Shown here: positions 53,799 to 62,856 of the stretch, piece after piece
How positions within the stretch are numbered: the stretch's first letter is position 1
Layout: the number at the start of each line of letters is the position of its first letter
Origin: a virus
Lineage: Duplodnaviria; Caudoviricetes
Reading direction: 5' to 3' (one strand)
IMG/VR virus record: IMGVR_UViG_3300005805_000083
Coordinates: 2,921-66,920 of that record
DNA: 64,000 nt
Translations under genes and position numbers: made by a program
Notes under the pieces: generated by a model
Told to the model about the DNA's origin: nothing
Database searches by the model: none
Seen by the model: the letters and a program-made list of their open reading frames with translations, nothing else

Positions 53799-54038
53799 AT
53801 GAGCAAAAACAAGAAAAGCACGCCAAAAAAGAAGTCAGCAACCCCCAAGAAGAAGCCTGCCGCCAAAAAGGCGCCAGCACTTCCAGACAAGGTTGAAGTT
53901 GATGTCCCAACTGTTGACGAAATCAAGGACCTGGTCGCCGACACGTTCAAGGCGATTCAGGCTGATGACTTCAAGTTGACAGAGAAGACAAAGAAGGGCT
54001 TCTTTGGTCGCATCAAGTCGTGGTTTAAGGTCAGTTGA
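53799..54038 (+). CDS. Small protein with Lys/Pro/Ala-rich (histone-H1-like) N-terminus
   Basis: MSKNKKSTPKKKSATPKKKPAAKK; TAAGGT 7 nt upstream. Confidence 0.6.
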   Translation: MSKNKKSTPKKKSATPKKKPAAKKAPALPDKVEVDVPTVDEIKDLVADTFKAIQADDFKLTEKTKKGFFGRIKSWFKVS

Positions 54039-54181
54039 AAAAGAAGACCAAAAAGCCGCGCGGTTCGCTTGCGCAGAACCTCGTCGGGGAAAAATTGTCG
54101 CGTCGAATGAACGACGAACAAATTGACGAGTTAATTGATGCGGTTACGGTGAAGAAAGACTTCGTTCGTAAACTGAATTAG
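54035..54181 (+). CDS. Small hypothetical protein (48 aa)
   Basis: TTGA overlap with the previous stop; MKKKTKKPRGSLAQNL...KLN*. Confidence 0.4.
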   Translation: MKKKTKKPRGSLAQNLVGEKLSRRMNDEQIDELIDAVTVKKDFVRKLN

Positions 54182-55020
54182 TCAACGACTTCTGGAAAGT
54201 TTTCCCAGGCTCCGCCAAACGGCTTGATGACCATGACCTTTTCGTGAGTCATCCACTTGTTGAAAGCGCTGACGTATACGGCGATGTTCGTCTTGCTCGC
54301 AGTGCGCGCCCATTGGCCGCGTTGACGTGACAGCCAGTTACGAAGGGCCAACGGCGAATCGCCTGGCTTGAGACCAACACCGTCAATAACAAGGTTGGTG
54401 AACTCCTCAACCTTTTGACGTCCGTGTTTCTGTGATGCAAGAATGGCGAATACGCCCCATGCATGGCGGATTCCGCCTACTGCGGTGTCTGCACGACGGC
54501 TGAGTGAGAGTGCCCACTCCAGCATTTCGTCGTTCTTGTTGGCGTAGTCAACGATGTCGTGACGCTGCACGAGACCCAGCGAAGCGTGGTCCATTGGGTT
54601 CAGTCCAGCCTCCATGCAAATCATGGTGCGTGCGATTGGCGAGAGATGCGTTGCGCTGTGGGTTACGCCAGCAGCAACAAGGGCATCATTCACCGAACGT
54701 GACAGACCCGAGTCAATGGCTGTGTATGCCGAGTCATCAACACCACGCAACACGAGACACTGACACGCTTGGTCAGCCTCAACGATTGCGGTAAGGCGAT
54801 GCTGACCGTTGAGCAACTTGCCAGTCTTGGAGATGGTGATTGCGTCGTTTTGAATTTCCCACATACCACGCTTGATGGCATCTGCGTATGTGGCGACGCG
54901 ATGCTTGCGCAACTTGCGGTTGTCCGTGTTGCCCTCAAGCATCTTCTTTGCCACCGATGGGGTGATGACCTCAACGGCAACTGAAACTTCGGATGGGATT
55001 TGGAATGATTTGTTTGTCAT
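54178..55020 (-). CDS. ParB-superfamily / DGQHR-like protein
   Basis: ITPSVAKKML..N..NR...YADAIKRG.W...LLNGQHRL.AI...IDSG..RS; GC3-biased. Confidence 0.7.
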   Translation of the reverse strand: MTNKSFQIPSEVSVAVEVITPSVAKKMLEGNTDNRKLRKHRVATYADAIKRGMWEIQNDAITISKTGKLLNGQHRLTAIVEADQACQCLVLRGVDDSAYTAIDSGLSRSVNDALVAAGVTHSATHLSPIARTMICMEAGLNPMDHASLGLVQRHDIVDYANKNDEMLEWALSLSRRADTAVGGIRHAWGVFAILASQKHGRQKVEEFTNLVIDGVGLKPGDSPLALRNWLSRQRGQWARTASKTNIAVYVSAFNKWMTHEKVMVIKPFGGAWENFPEVVD

Positions 55021-55099
55021 AGTGGGCTATACGCTAAAGGCGTTACCAGCCAAACACAACCTGTCGCTGGGACATTTTGTGGTGACAAACGTCACCTTT

Positions 55100-55387
55100 T
55101 CAATTACTGGAACGGATAAAGATAATCTTGTTTTTGTTAGAAAACTTAAAATCCTTGCCCTTCCTGATTAGGGCTGGATGGTCGGCGAACACCCTCGACC
55201 ACCTTAATTGTGGGTAGTTATTCTTCAGCCATTCATTGGCTTCATTGACAGACATGTCCTGGACAATCGCATTGAGTTCGCCCTGGGCCTTTTTCTCCTC
55301 TGCCGCATATTCCCTGCCCATTTGAGTACCCAAAAAACCAAGGGTGTCATGGATTGGTGAGCCAGACCTGCGGACGATTCTTCTCAT
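55100..55387 (-). CDS. Hypothetical protein
   Basis: 95 aa, coupled to the upstream gene. Confidence 0.45.
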   Translation of the reverse strand: MRRIVRRSGSPIHDTLGFLGTQMGREYAAEEKKAQGELNAIVQDMSVNEANEWLKNNYPQLRWSRVFADHPALIRKGKDFKFSNKNKIIFIRSSN

Positions 55388-55803
55388 TTGGCCTGCTTGG
55401 GTTGCGACATGATTTCATCAACGATGACGGTGGCGTACTTTTTCCTCAATCTCCATATTTTGGAATTCATTTCCATGATTGCTTCGGTATTTCTTGCCTT
55501 TGCGCAAATTTCTGGGTCGTAGGTTCCATACTTTTTGAACAGCACGTCATCGAAGTCTGAGTTCTCTATGAGAATGTCGGAAATCCAATTGGCCCTGCCG
55601 TCGATTTTAATCATCAAATTGCAGAGTCCTTCATATCCAAAATCCTGAAAAATTTTATTGACGACAAGTTCGCAAAAATTATCTCGGTACATTTTTTCCG
55701 CATGGCGCCCCTCTTTCATGAACTCACTGATGTAGTCAAGCAGTTCATCCCTGTCGGGCCCATTGTTATTTTCTGACGTATCGTCGCCCGAGTTGTCCGA
55801 CAT
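55384..55803 (-). CDS. Hypothetical protein
   Basis: 139-aa ORF. Confidence 0.6.
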   Translation of the reverse strand: MSDNSGDDTSENNNGPDRDELLDYISEFMKEGRHAEKMYRDNFCELVVNKIFQDFGYEGLCNLMIKIDGRANWISDILIENSDFDDVLFKKYGTYDPEICAKARNTEAIMEMNSKIWRLRKKYATVIVDEIMSQPKQAK

Positions 55804-55856
55804 GAGTGACCACCAATCGTTTTAATCCCCTGGTGACATTATCTCATTTTCGACAC

Positions 55857-56876
55857 TCAGGCGAGCGACATAATGACCTGTTCGGTTTGTTTCTTTGCCT
55901 TCGTTACCCACGAATGATTATTCATGGATGCATTTGCCTTATCTGTTGAATCTCCGTCTCGGTAGTGGTCGAGATATTCACCCACGGCATTGAGCATTGA
56001 CCAGCCGTTGTTGCCGTATCCGCCAGCGTTGTTGGAATTTACGTACAGGCCCTTAACGAGCCCCCAAATTTCCTCACGATTCTTTTTCTGGCGGTCAGTT
56101 TCATCTTTTTTCATTGGGAAAACATTTTGCAAAACCCTGTCAATCTTCTTGTCATTCATTTCGATGGTAAGCAGTTGGTTTGCGGTCGCCGCAAAAGCCT
56201 TTGCCCACTCAACAGACATGCCCAAAATTGTTCTTGCCTCCTCCATCGCCAACTCGGCATTGCGAGTATGGCGAGCGGTGAAGACGCTTTGGGCGAATTC
56301 CAAGCCAACAATGACCGTGTTTTTGCACACCGCACGGATGCTGGTGTTCGCAAACGTAATCGGGGTTTTCCCATCATGCCCATTACGAACAAGCAGATAT
56401 CGCTGAATTGTGTCATTCACGCCAACAGGGTCAATAATCAGTGAGCCAAGGTCAATACAGGCAAAAAATTCGCGCCCTTCGTCAAGGACTCCGCAGGTGT
56501 CCACAACGGCATCACCACCTGCAGCGCCGACAATATCGAGAGCCCTGTCCATGACTTCGCGATTTTGCTGAATTACAAACCTTGTTCCGACTGTTGATAG
56601 ACCGTCAAATGTTCCATCGTTGTTTACGCGAATGGTCGCGCGCGAGTCATTGACGCGCACGACTGTTCCATCTGGATTCCTGAGAATCTCACCGTTGGCA
56701 TCAACGGCGGCAACCTCGGCCAAGACGACATCAAAGTCCGCCTCTGCGGCAGCCAGCATGGCCTCAGCAGTTTGCAGACCCTTCATTGGAACCCCCAGGC
56801 GATGCCACGGAATTTCCCTATCGGCATACGCCATCTTTGCTTTGCCTGCTTTTCCTATTTCTATGTTGTGAGCCAT
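55857..56876 (-). CDS. DUF932/DUF945 phage-plasmid protein
   Basis: MAHNIE...MAY....PWHRLG...QN.E...G.LDEGREFF...YLL..NGHDG...SIRAVCKNT...RHT. Confidence 0.82.
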   Translation of the reverse strand: MAHNIEIGKAGKAKMAYADREIPWHRLGVPMKGLQTAEAMLAAAEADFDVVLAEVAAVDANGEILRNPDGTVVRVNDSRATIRVNNDGTFDGLSTVGTRFVIQQNREVMDRALDIVGAAGGDAVVDTCGVLDEGREFFACIDLGSLIIDPVGVNDTIQRYLLVRNGHDGKTPITFANTSIRAVCKNTVIVGLEFAQSVFTARHTRNAELAMEEARTILGMSVEWAKAFAATANQLLTIEMNDKKIDRVLQNVFPMKKDETDRQKKNREEIWGLVKGLYVNSNNAGGYGNNGWSMLNAVGEYLDHYRDGDSTDKANASMNNHSWVTKAKKQTEQVIMSLA

Positions 56877-56926
56877 GGCTTCAACTATATCGGATAAATC
56901 TAACGAAAACACAAGCAAGCCGAACG

Positions 56927-56945
56927 GCGCTATGCTTTGGGCATG
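56927..56945 (+). promoter_or_regulatory. Leaderless promoter plus start element, copy 2
   Basis: GCGCTATGCTTTGGGCATG. Confidence 0.65.
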
Positions 56946-57140
56946 TGGAGACAAAAGCAAAATATTTACGAAATCATAGACGAATCACTTAGTGAACTTT
57001 TGCACTTGCGGGTTCATGGTCACAAACGGGTTGAAATCGTTGATGTAATACAATTACTGGTCGAAATCGAAGAAGCCATACCCGAATTTGTGATTGACGG
57101 CGACGAATTTGTAAAACATTTTAGAGAAAAGCGCCGATAG
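56943..57140 (+). CDS. Hypothetical protein
   Basis: ATG 56943 with TATGCT 6 nt upstream. Confidence 0.55.
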   Translation: MWRQKQNIYEIIDESLSELLHLRVHGHKRVEIVDVIQLLVEIEEAIPEFVIDGDEFVKHFREKRR

Positions 57141-57241
57141 AGGGCCAATTCTGGTAGAATTGGAGTAGCCTGATACTGCGATAACAACTGCGGCTTTACT
57201 ATCACCGCACAGTCCATATCCACCCACACAGGAGAAACACG

Positions 57242-57838
57242 TTGAACACATTCATGGGTTGGGGGCTATCTTTTACCCTCTTTTTCCTCGGCATGAACAT
57301 CCCAGCGCAAGCCAACGCGCCTACTTCGGCAATAGAGGCTCCAGCGGCGCCAGAAAGCCCCATGCCTCCATGGCCAAGCGACAAACTTGAGGTGGCCAGG
57401 GCTGAAGCGAACAGACCGCCAAAGATTGCCTTCAAGTGGGGCGACGTTTCTTGGCTGCCAGAACTGGCAACCAAGGCTGGCTGGCCTGCCGAAACCCATG
57501 AAAAACTCGCCCAAATCATACTGAGGGAATCTGGTGGCTGCCCCAACAGGCGCGGTGGTGATGCGGTTGACGAAAACTGCAACATAACCCATGTAACAGA
57601 GTGGAATCACCGTTCTGATACTGGCTTGCTCCAAATCAATGGCGTTAACTACAACCCCAAGCGAAACAAATGGGCAATCGCGTGTCGACAACTCGGCATT
57701 TGCACCCAAGAGCCGTTGCTTGACCCATTGACCAACCTCAAGGTTGGCTATCTTCTCTATCAGGCAGACGGATGGAACCCATGGGACCCATGTGCTTGGG
57801 GGGACGAGTGGGCGCACCGTTGCAAAAAGAAGCCGTAA
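57242..57838 (+). CDS. Secreted lytic transglycosylase (SLT/lysozyme-like)
   Basis: Signal-like N-terminus ending AQANA; ILRESG (catalytic Glu), DTGLLQIN, LLDPLTNLKVG...GWNPW. Confidence 0.8.
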   Translation: MNTFMGWGLSFTLFFLGMNIPAQANAPTSAIEAPAAPESPMPPWPSDKLEVARAEANRPPKIAFKWGDVSWLPELATKAGWPAETHEKLAQIILRESGGCPNRRGGDAVDENCNITHVTEWNHRSDTGLLQINGVNYNPKRNKWAIACRQLGICTQEPLLDPLTNLKVGYLLYQADGWNPWDPCAWGDEWAHRCKKKP

Positions 57839-57865
57839 CGGTTTTCTGCGGCTAGTATTTGCCGC

Positions 57866-58183
57866 GTGACAAAGAAAAACATACGGGGAGAAATCCTTTC
57901 CGAAACAGAAGCCATCATCAATGGCAAGCGCAACAACGACTATGGTGACCCAGTTGAGGATTTCACCACTACCGCTGCATTGTGGCAGACATACCTTGCC
58001 AGAATTTATGCTCGCAGAGGAGAATTGTCGCTACTTCCGCACGATGTAGCGGCCATGATGGTCCTCTTAAAGATGGCTCGGCTCACTTGGACACCAGAAG
58101 AAAAAGACCACTGGATGGACGCCATTGGATACGCAGCACTTGGGTGGGAATGTGAGGTAAGGGAAGGCAAAAATGACCAGTAG
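57866..58183 (+). CDS. DUF6378-like protein (nucleotide pyrophosphohydrolase-like, tentative)
   Basis: R..DYGDP...F...AALW...DVAAMMVLLKMARL...DHWMDAIGYAA. Confidence 0.7.
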   Translation: MTKKNIRGEILSETEAIINGKRNNDYGDPVEDFTTTAALWQTYLARIYARRGELSLLPHDVAAMMVLLKMARLTWTPEEKDHWMDAIGYAALGWECEVREGKNDQ

Positions 58184-58427
58184 GGACACATACGACATAA
58201 ACAAATACGCCGCCGAAAGTGGTCATAATGTCCAAATCAAGGACGTAATTGGCATGATGGCGTCTTCTGAGCCTGAACTTTTTGGTCAATCTTCGGCCAT
58301 TTTGGTGAAGGCAAAGGTGTATGAGCCTTCCGAATCGGTCAAAATGGCATTTTTGCGCATGGTTGAGTGCGCTAAATTGTTGGCGCAAGAAGATAAGCGC
58401 TATTGGGATGAGATTTTTTCGGAGTGA
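58173..58427 (+). CDS. Hypothetical protein
   Basis: 84 aa, overlaps neighbour. Confidence 0.55.
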   Translation: MTSRDTYDINKYAAESGHNVQIKDVIGMMASSEPELFGQSSAILVKAKVYEPSESVKMAFLRMVECAKLLAQEDKRYWDEIFSE

Positions 58428-58434
58428 GAAGGAA

Positions 58435-58863
58435 ATGACCGAAGAAAATATCGAACAACAAGAACTCGATGCGATTTTGGCCGAAATAAAGGACAGAATT
58501 CCACCGCCGTGGGGCAAAACAATTGCCTGTGGCGAGGGTTGGCACCAATTGGTCGCAAAATGCCACCTAGAACTCAAGGCGCTAGACCCAAATTATGAGA
58601 TTTGTCAAATAAAAGAGAAGTTTGGGACCCTTCGTTTCTATTTTTGGACAAAAAAAGACGACGAAACAGAGTTGGCAATGTGGAAAACATCCCAAAAGTA
58701 CGAATTGGCTTCAGCCGAGTTGTGTGAACTCACTGGCAAGCCTGGAAAATTAATGTTTAAACAAGGCCTTTACAAAACGCTTGCCGAAGAATACGAAAAA
58801 GAGGGCTGGGAGCCATCATTCGGTGTCGAGGCAGTCAAAATTTTCGGGAAAGAGAGCACTTAA
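58435..58863 (+). CDS. Conserved phage hypothetical protein
   Basis: CGEGW..LV...QIKEKFGTLRFY motif; start trimmed to ATG 58435 (SD AAGGA). Confidence 0.65.
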   Translation: MTEENIEQQELDAILAEIKDRIPPPWGKTIACGEGWHQLVAKCHLELKALDPNYEICQIKEKFGTLRFYFWTKKDDETELAMWKTSQKYELASAELCELTGKPGKLMFKQGLYKTLAEEYEKEGWEPSFGVEAVKIFGKEST

Positions 58864-59055
58864 ATGGGTGGCAAGAGCAATGGGATGGGCGGGGACTACG
58901 TAGTCAGCCTGTACTACGACGAGTTCATAGACGCAGACACCCCTGACGAGGCATACGAAATATTCTGGAGCCACTTTGCCGCAATGGACAAGTTGACCCT
59001 GCGTCGCTACATAACGATTGCCGACGGAATAACACGCGAAGAGGACCCCGAATAA
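58864..59055 (+). CDS. Hypothetical protein
   Basis: 63 aa, abuts the previous stop. Confidence 0.5.
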   Translation: MGGKSNGMGGDYVVSLYYDEFIDADTPDEAYEIFWSHFAAMDKLTLRRYITIADGITREEDPE

Positions 59056-59059
59056 CAAA

Positions 59060-59136
59060 CGGGATATAGCGCAGTTTGGCAGCGCGTCTGGTTTGGGACC
59101 AGAAGGTCGCAGGTTCGAATCCTGCTATCCCGACCA
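59060..59136 (+). tRNA. tRNA-Pro(UGG), CCA encoded
   Basis: CGGGATA/TATCCCG acceptor, ACCA end; anticodon arm TCTGG-TTTGGGA-CCAGA; GGTTCGAATCC T-arm. Confidence 0.95.
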
Positions 59137-59151
59137 GAATAGTATTGGGGA

Positions 59152-59550
59152 ATGACGACCGAACATCGCAAAGCGCCGCGCCGCAAGGTTGTTGAAATAA
59201 GCAGAGTTGGCGCATGGGGGAACGTTGTTTACGAACACCGCCTCGAATGCGGACACACGGAGCGTCGCCCCCGTGCAGCGACCTCGGAAAGTCTCGCATG
59301 CGCCTGGTGCTTGCGTTCACAAGCAAAAGAACTTGAAATTCGCTCACTGGCTTCACCAGCAAAAACGGTTGAGCCAGACCTCCACCACACCGAAGTCGAA
59401 ATAGCAAGAATAAAAGCAAAAATTTCGCACACCCTCAACGTTGCCTTGGAACAGGTTGAGGTGTCAGTTGTTGACAAACTCGGTGAGCAAAAAATATCTG
59501 GAGCGGTGGTGTTCCTTTCCGAAAGCGACGTGCGTAAACTAATCGGCTAA
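59152..59550 (+). CDS. Hypothetical protein with CGH...CxxC Zn motif
   Basis: LECGH...CAWC; TAGTAT 6 nt upstream. Confidence 0.6.
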   Translation: MTTEHRKAPRRKVVEISRVGAWGNVVYEHRLECGHTERRPRAATSESLACAWCLRSQAKELEIRSLASPAKTVEPDLHHTEVEIARIKAKISHTLNVALEQVEVSVVDKLGEQKISGAVVFLSESDVRKLIG

Positions 59551-59567
59551 CACCAACAGGAGGGGCA

Positions 59568-60194
59568 ATGGAAAATAAAAAATCCAACCGAAAAGAGTTT
59601 TCCGAAGAGGAAAAACAAGAGATTATCCGCCTCAGAAGTGAAGGCAAATCATGCGACACGATTGCCCACTTTATTCATGCTGGCAAAGACAGAGTCCGTC
59701 GCTTCTGCAAAGAAAACAACATTCCACTTGGCTCAAAAGATTCTTTTTCTCGTCGGCCATACCTTTACCACGGCGCCACTGCGGAAGCGCAAACAATCAA
59801 TACCCCATATCCAGATTTCTCCCTTGCTGCTTGTCGTGGCGAGGACATAAACACATTTTTCCCGCCGTCGGCGCAGGCGAATGGAAACAAGACGGAAAAA
59901 CTCAAGTACTCGCGGACAGTTCTCATGGCACAGAAAATTTGCTCCGAATGCCCAGTGCAGGTTAAGTGCCTAGATTATGCATTGCTGGCTGAGCCGCATG
60001 GAATTTGGGGTGGCACAACAGAAGAAGAACGCGAATATCTTCGCATGAAACTCAACATAAAGTGCGAGAGAGAATCAGGCAATTCAGCGAGAATGGTTCG
60101 CCGCCACCTGAGCACGTTCACGTACCGAATCAATAACAGAACAAAATACGAAGTGAATCCGATTGTTGTTTCGAGGCTGTCAACACGTGCATAG
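59568..60194 (+). CDS. whiB: WhiB-family Fe-S transcription factor with N-terminal HTH
   Basis: AACRGED...FFP...AQKICSECPV...CLDYAL...HGIWGGTTEEER. Confidence 0.88.
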   Translation: MENKKSNRKEFSEEEKQEIIRLRSEGKSCDTIAHFIHAGKDRVRRFCKENNIPLGSKDSFSRRPYLYHGATAEAQTINTPYPDFSLAACRGEDINTFFPPSAQANGNKTEKLKYSRTVLMAQKICSECPVQVKCLDYALLAEPHGIWGGTTEEEREYLRMKLNIKCERESGNSARMVRRHLSTFTYRINNRTKYEVNPIVVSRLSTRA

Positions 60195-61902
60195 CATTTC
60201 GCCGCAACTCCAGAATGTTCTCGACCGCCTCAATGGTGTCGTGCGCGTCTCTGGAGGATTTCAGGCGAAGTGCCCATGCCGCAACGATGACGATAATCCA
60301 TCATTTTCTGTATCCGAGGGAGAGGGTGGTAAGGTCGTCGTCTATTGCCATGCGGGAAGATGCGACACAAAGCAGGCGTGTGAGGCGATGGGTATAAAAA
60401 TGTCAGACCTCTACCCACCAAAACAAAAACGCGAACTTGATTTTGTCGCCAAGTATCAATACCTTGATGCTGACGGAACTTTACTGTTCGAAAAGTTGCG
60501 CTACGTGGATAGGGCATCTGGCAAAAAAGAATTTCGTCAGCGCAAGCCAGACGGCAATGGCGGGTGGGAATACAAACTCGGCGACACGCCGCGCGTTTTG
60601 TACAACCTCCCAGCGGTTCTAAAAGCAAAAGAAAGCAATGAGCCAATTTGGGTTGTGGAGGGGGAAAAAGATGCAGACACTCTCATCAAGATGGGTATAT
60701 GTGCGACGACTATGCCCAATGGGGCTGGAACATGGCTGCCCATCCACACCGAAGCCCTCGCTGGTGCAGTTGTGGAAATCGTCGCCGACAACGACGAAGC
60801 AGGACTCGAACACGCAAAAAACGTCTACCAAGAGTTGACCGAGTCTGGGTGCGACGTACAGGTTTGGCGGTGTGAAAAGGGCAAGGACATAACCGACCAT
60901 CTCGCACAAGGCGGGAAAATAGATGAATTATCGGCAGTAAATGTCGCCGACGTGGTCGTTTCGGAAAAGAAGGACGTTCCAGTAAGCGACACTCATGAGG
61001 GCAGGGCAATACACGAAATTGTCGAAATGCTCGAACGTAATGACATGTCGGAAAGCCAGAAACTTTCGCGAGCACAACTTATTATTTCCCGAACATCAAG
61101 CACCAAAATCGTGGATACGGGCAGGCTTGTTGAGTGGTCCACTTTCGTAAAAGAGTCCGACGATGATTCATACGACTGGGTCATACCTGGATTGATTGAG
61201 CGCAGCGAGCGGGTTATCGTCGTCGCAGCCGAAGGTGTTGGCAAAACAATGCTGGCGAGACAGGTTGCAATATGTGTCGGCATGGGAATTCATCCATTTA
61301 CGTATCAGCCAATAAAGCCACAGACAACGCTTTCTGTCGACCTTGAGAACCCTGAAAGAATCATCAGGCGAACATCTCGCTCTATTTATGCCGCCGCGCA
61401 TGCCGTATCAAGAAACCCAAAGCCGCAGGCACATCTTTTGATTAAGCCCCAAGGTCTTGACCTTTTGCGCGCCGAGGACAGAGCCGTCCTTGAGGAAATG
61501 TTAGAAAAAACAAAACCAGCACTTCTTGTCATGGGTCCTTTGTATAAGTCTTTCATTGACCCAGGTGGCAGAACCAGCGAGGCGGTTGCCATAGAAGTCG
61601 CGAGATACCTTGACACCATTCGAGACATTTATCAGTGTGCGATGTGGCTGGAGCATCACGCGCCGCTTGGAACATCAATGACCACACGCGAACTTAGGCC
61701 ATTCGGTTCGGCGGTGTGGTCTCGCTGGCCAGAGTTTGGAGTTTCCCTGCAACCAGACACAACTGGAATGGCATACCACTACGACCTAAGACATTTCCGT
61801 GGTGCACGTGACGAACGCCAATGGCCAACTAGAATTAGAAGAGGGAAACGTTTCCCATTTGAGGTAGCCGAGTGGCCGCCGTCAGTAAAGGTTCCTACAT
61901 GA
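60187..61902 (+). CDS. Primase-helicase (Zn finger + TOPRIM + RecA/AAA helicase)
   Basis: CPC.NDDDNPS...CHAG.C; VVEGEKDA...ADNDEAG...KDITD; AAEGVGKT; LLVMGPL; EHH...RPFGS. Confidence 0.88.
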   Translation: MHSISPQLQNVLDRLNGVVRVSGGFQAKCPCRNDDDNPSFSVSEGEGGKVVVYCHAGRCDTKQACEAMGIKMSDLYPPKQKRELDFVAKYQYLDADGTLLFEKLRYVDRASGKKEFRQRKPDGNGGWEYKLGDTPRVLYNLPAVLKAKESNEPIWVVEGEKDADTLIKMGICATTMPNGAGTWLPIHTEALAGAVVEIVADNDEAGLEHAKNVYQELTESGCDVQVWRCEKGKDITDHLAQGGKIDELSAVNVADVVVSEKKDVPVSDTHEGRAIHEIVEMLERNDMSESQKLSRAQLIISRTSSTKIVDTGRLVEWSTFVKESDDDSYDWVIPGLIERSERVIVVAAEGVGKTMLARQVAICVGMGIHPFTYQPIKPQTTLSVDLENPERIIRRTSRSIYAAAHAVSRNPKPQAHLLIKPQGLDLLRAEDRAVLEEMLEKTKPALLVMGPLYKSFIDPGGRTSEAVAIEVARYLDTIRDIYQCAMWLEHHAPLGTSMTTRELRPFGSAVWSRWPEFGVSLQPDTTGMAYHYDLRHFRGARDERQWPTRIRRGKRFPFEVAEWPPSVKVPT

Positions 61903-62573
61903 GCAATACCCCAATGACGAAAGAGTTTCTAGCGGAAAGGGACTCTCGAATTTTCAAGATGCGCCAGGCTGGGGTTGCCGTTTCTGAGATTGCCAAGAGA
62001 TTCAACGTTTCCACCAAGGTTGTTTCCTTGGCGATTTCTCGCCAACTTGAAAAGTTGAACAAAGAAACAGCACTTGCATACCCAGAAGTTCTCCGCATGG
62101 AACTAGAGAGACTTGACGCAATGCAGGCAGCACTGTGGCCGCTTACTCAACACCGCAAAGTGACACTCGACGACGGCACCGAAGTTTCTGTTGAGCCAGA
62201 CATGAAGGCCGTACAACAGGTATTGGCAATCATGGATAGGCGCTCAAAACTGCTTGGCATGGAGCAGACCAATGTCAATATCCATGCCGACATAGACAGC
62301 GGCAACCAACAGCCAATCAGGGCAACGCTGGCTGGTCAAGAGGGCATGCCAAAGCAAATCAACGCATTTGACCCAGAATCAGAGGCAAAGAAACTGCTGG
62401 AACTCATGGCTGTTTCTGGGGTTTTGCCCAAAGAAACTGTCGCCCAGATGCTTGGACAGGCGCCTATCATCGATGCCGAGGTGGTCGAAGGTGAACCAAG
62501 AGAATCAAGACAACTTGAAAGCGGCAATGGACAAAGTGGCGGAAACGCTGACGCCGACGGTGTCGTCGATTAG
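61899..62573 (+). CDS. HTH protein, putative terminase small subunit
   Basis: RIFKMRQAG...SEIAKRF HTH; ELERLDAM...LW...KAVQQVLAIMDRRSKLLG pattern typical of actinophage TerS-like proteins. Confidence 0.5.
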   Translation: MSNTPMTKEFLAERDSRIFKMRQAGVAVSEIAKRFNVSTKVVSLAISRQLEKLNKETALAYPEVLRMELERLDAMQAALWPLTQHRKVTLDDGTEVSVEPDMKAVQQVLAIMDRRSKLLGMEQTNVNIHADIDSGNQQPIRATLAGQEGMPKQINAFDPESEAKKLLELMAVSGVLPKETVAQMLGQAPIIDAEVVEGEPRESRQLESGNGQSGGNADADGVVD

Positions 62574-62805
62574 CAAAGAAGACGACGGCCCTGCCGACAA
62601 GCAAGTCCTCATCAGAACCACCGAACCAGAAAGAGAACGCTGGAAAAAGGCCGCCGAAAAAGAGGGCATCACCCTTTCGCAGTTCATCAGGGAAGTCTTA
62701 AATAAAAGAGCGAACGAATTGCTCGACTGCACACACCCAGTTGAATTCAGAAGATGGTACCCGTGGTCGGAATTTTGCCTCAAATGCGACTCAAGATTGC
62801 GGTGA
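62491..62805 (+). CDS. Ribbon-helix-helix-like DNA-binding protein with C-terminal Cys/His
   Basis: VLIRTTEPERERWKKAAEKEGITLSQFIREVLN; start uncertain (62491 or 62527). Confidence 0.55.
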   Translation: MNQENQDNLKAAMDKVAETLTPTVSSISKEDDGPADKQVLIRTTEPERERWKKAAEKEGITLSQFIREVLNKRANELLDCTHPVEFRRWYPWSEFCLKCDSRLR

Positions 62806-62856
62806 CGGCGCTACGCTGTAGATAAATTCAACCAGAATTGGGGGCTTTTAAATTTA

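Noticed and set aside
57150-57241. Riboswitch upstream of the transglycosylase
   Set aside because: Region is too short and I could not recognise ydaO-type conserved elements.
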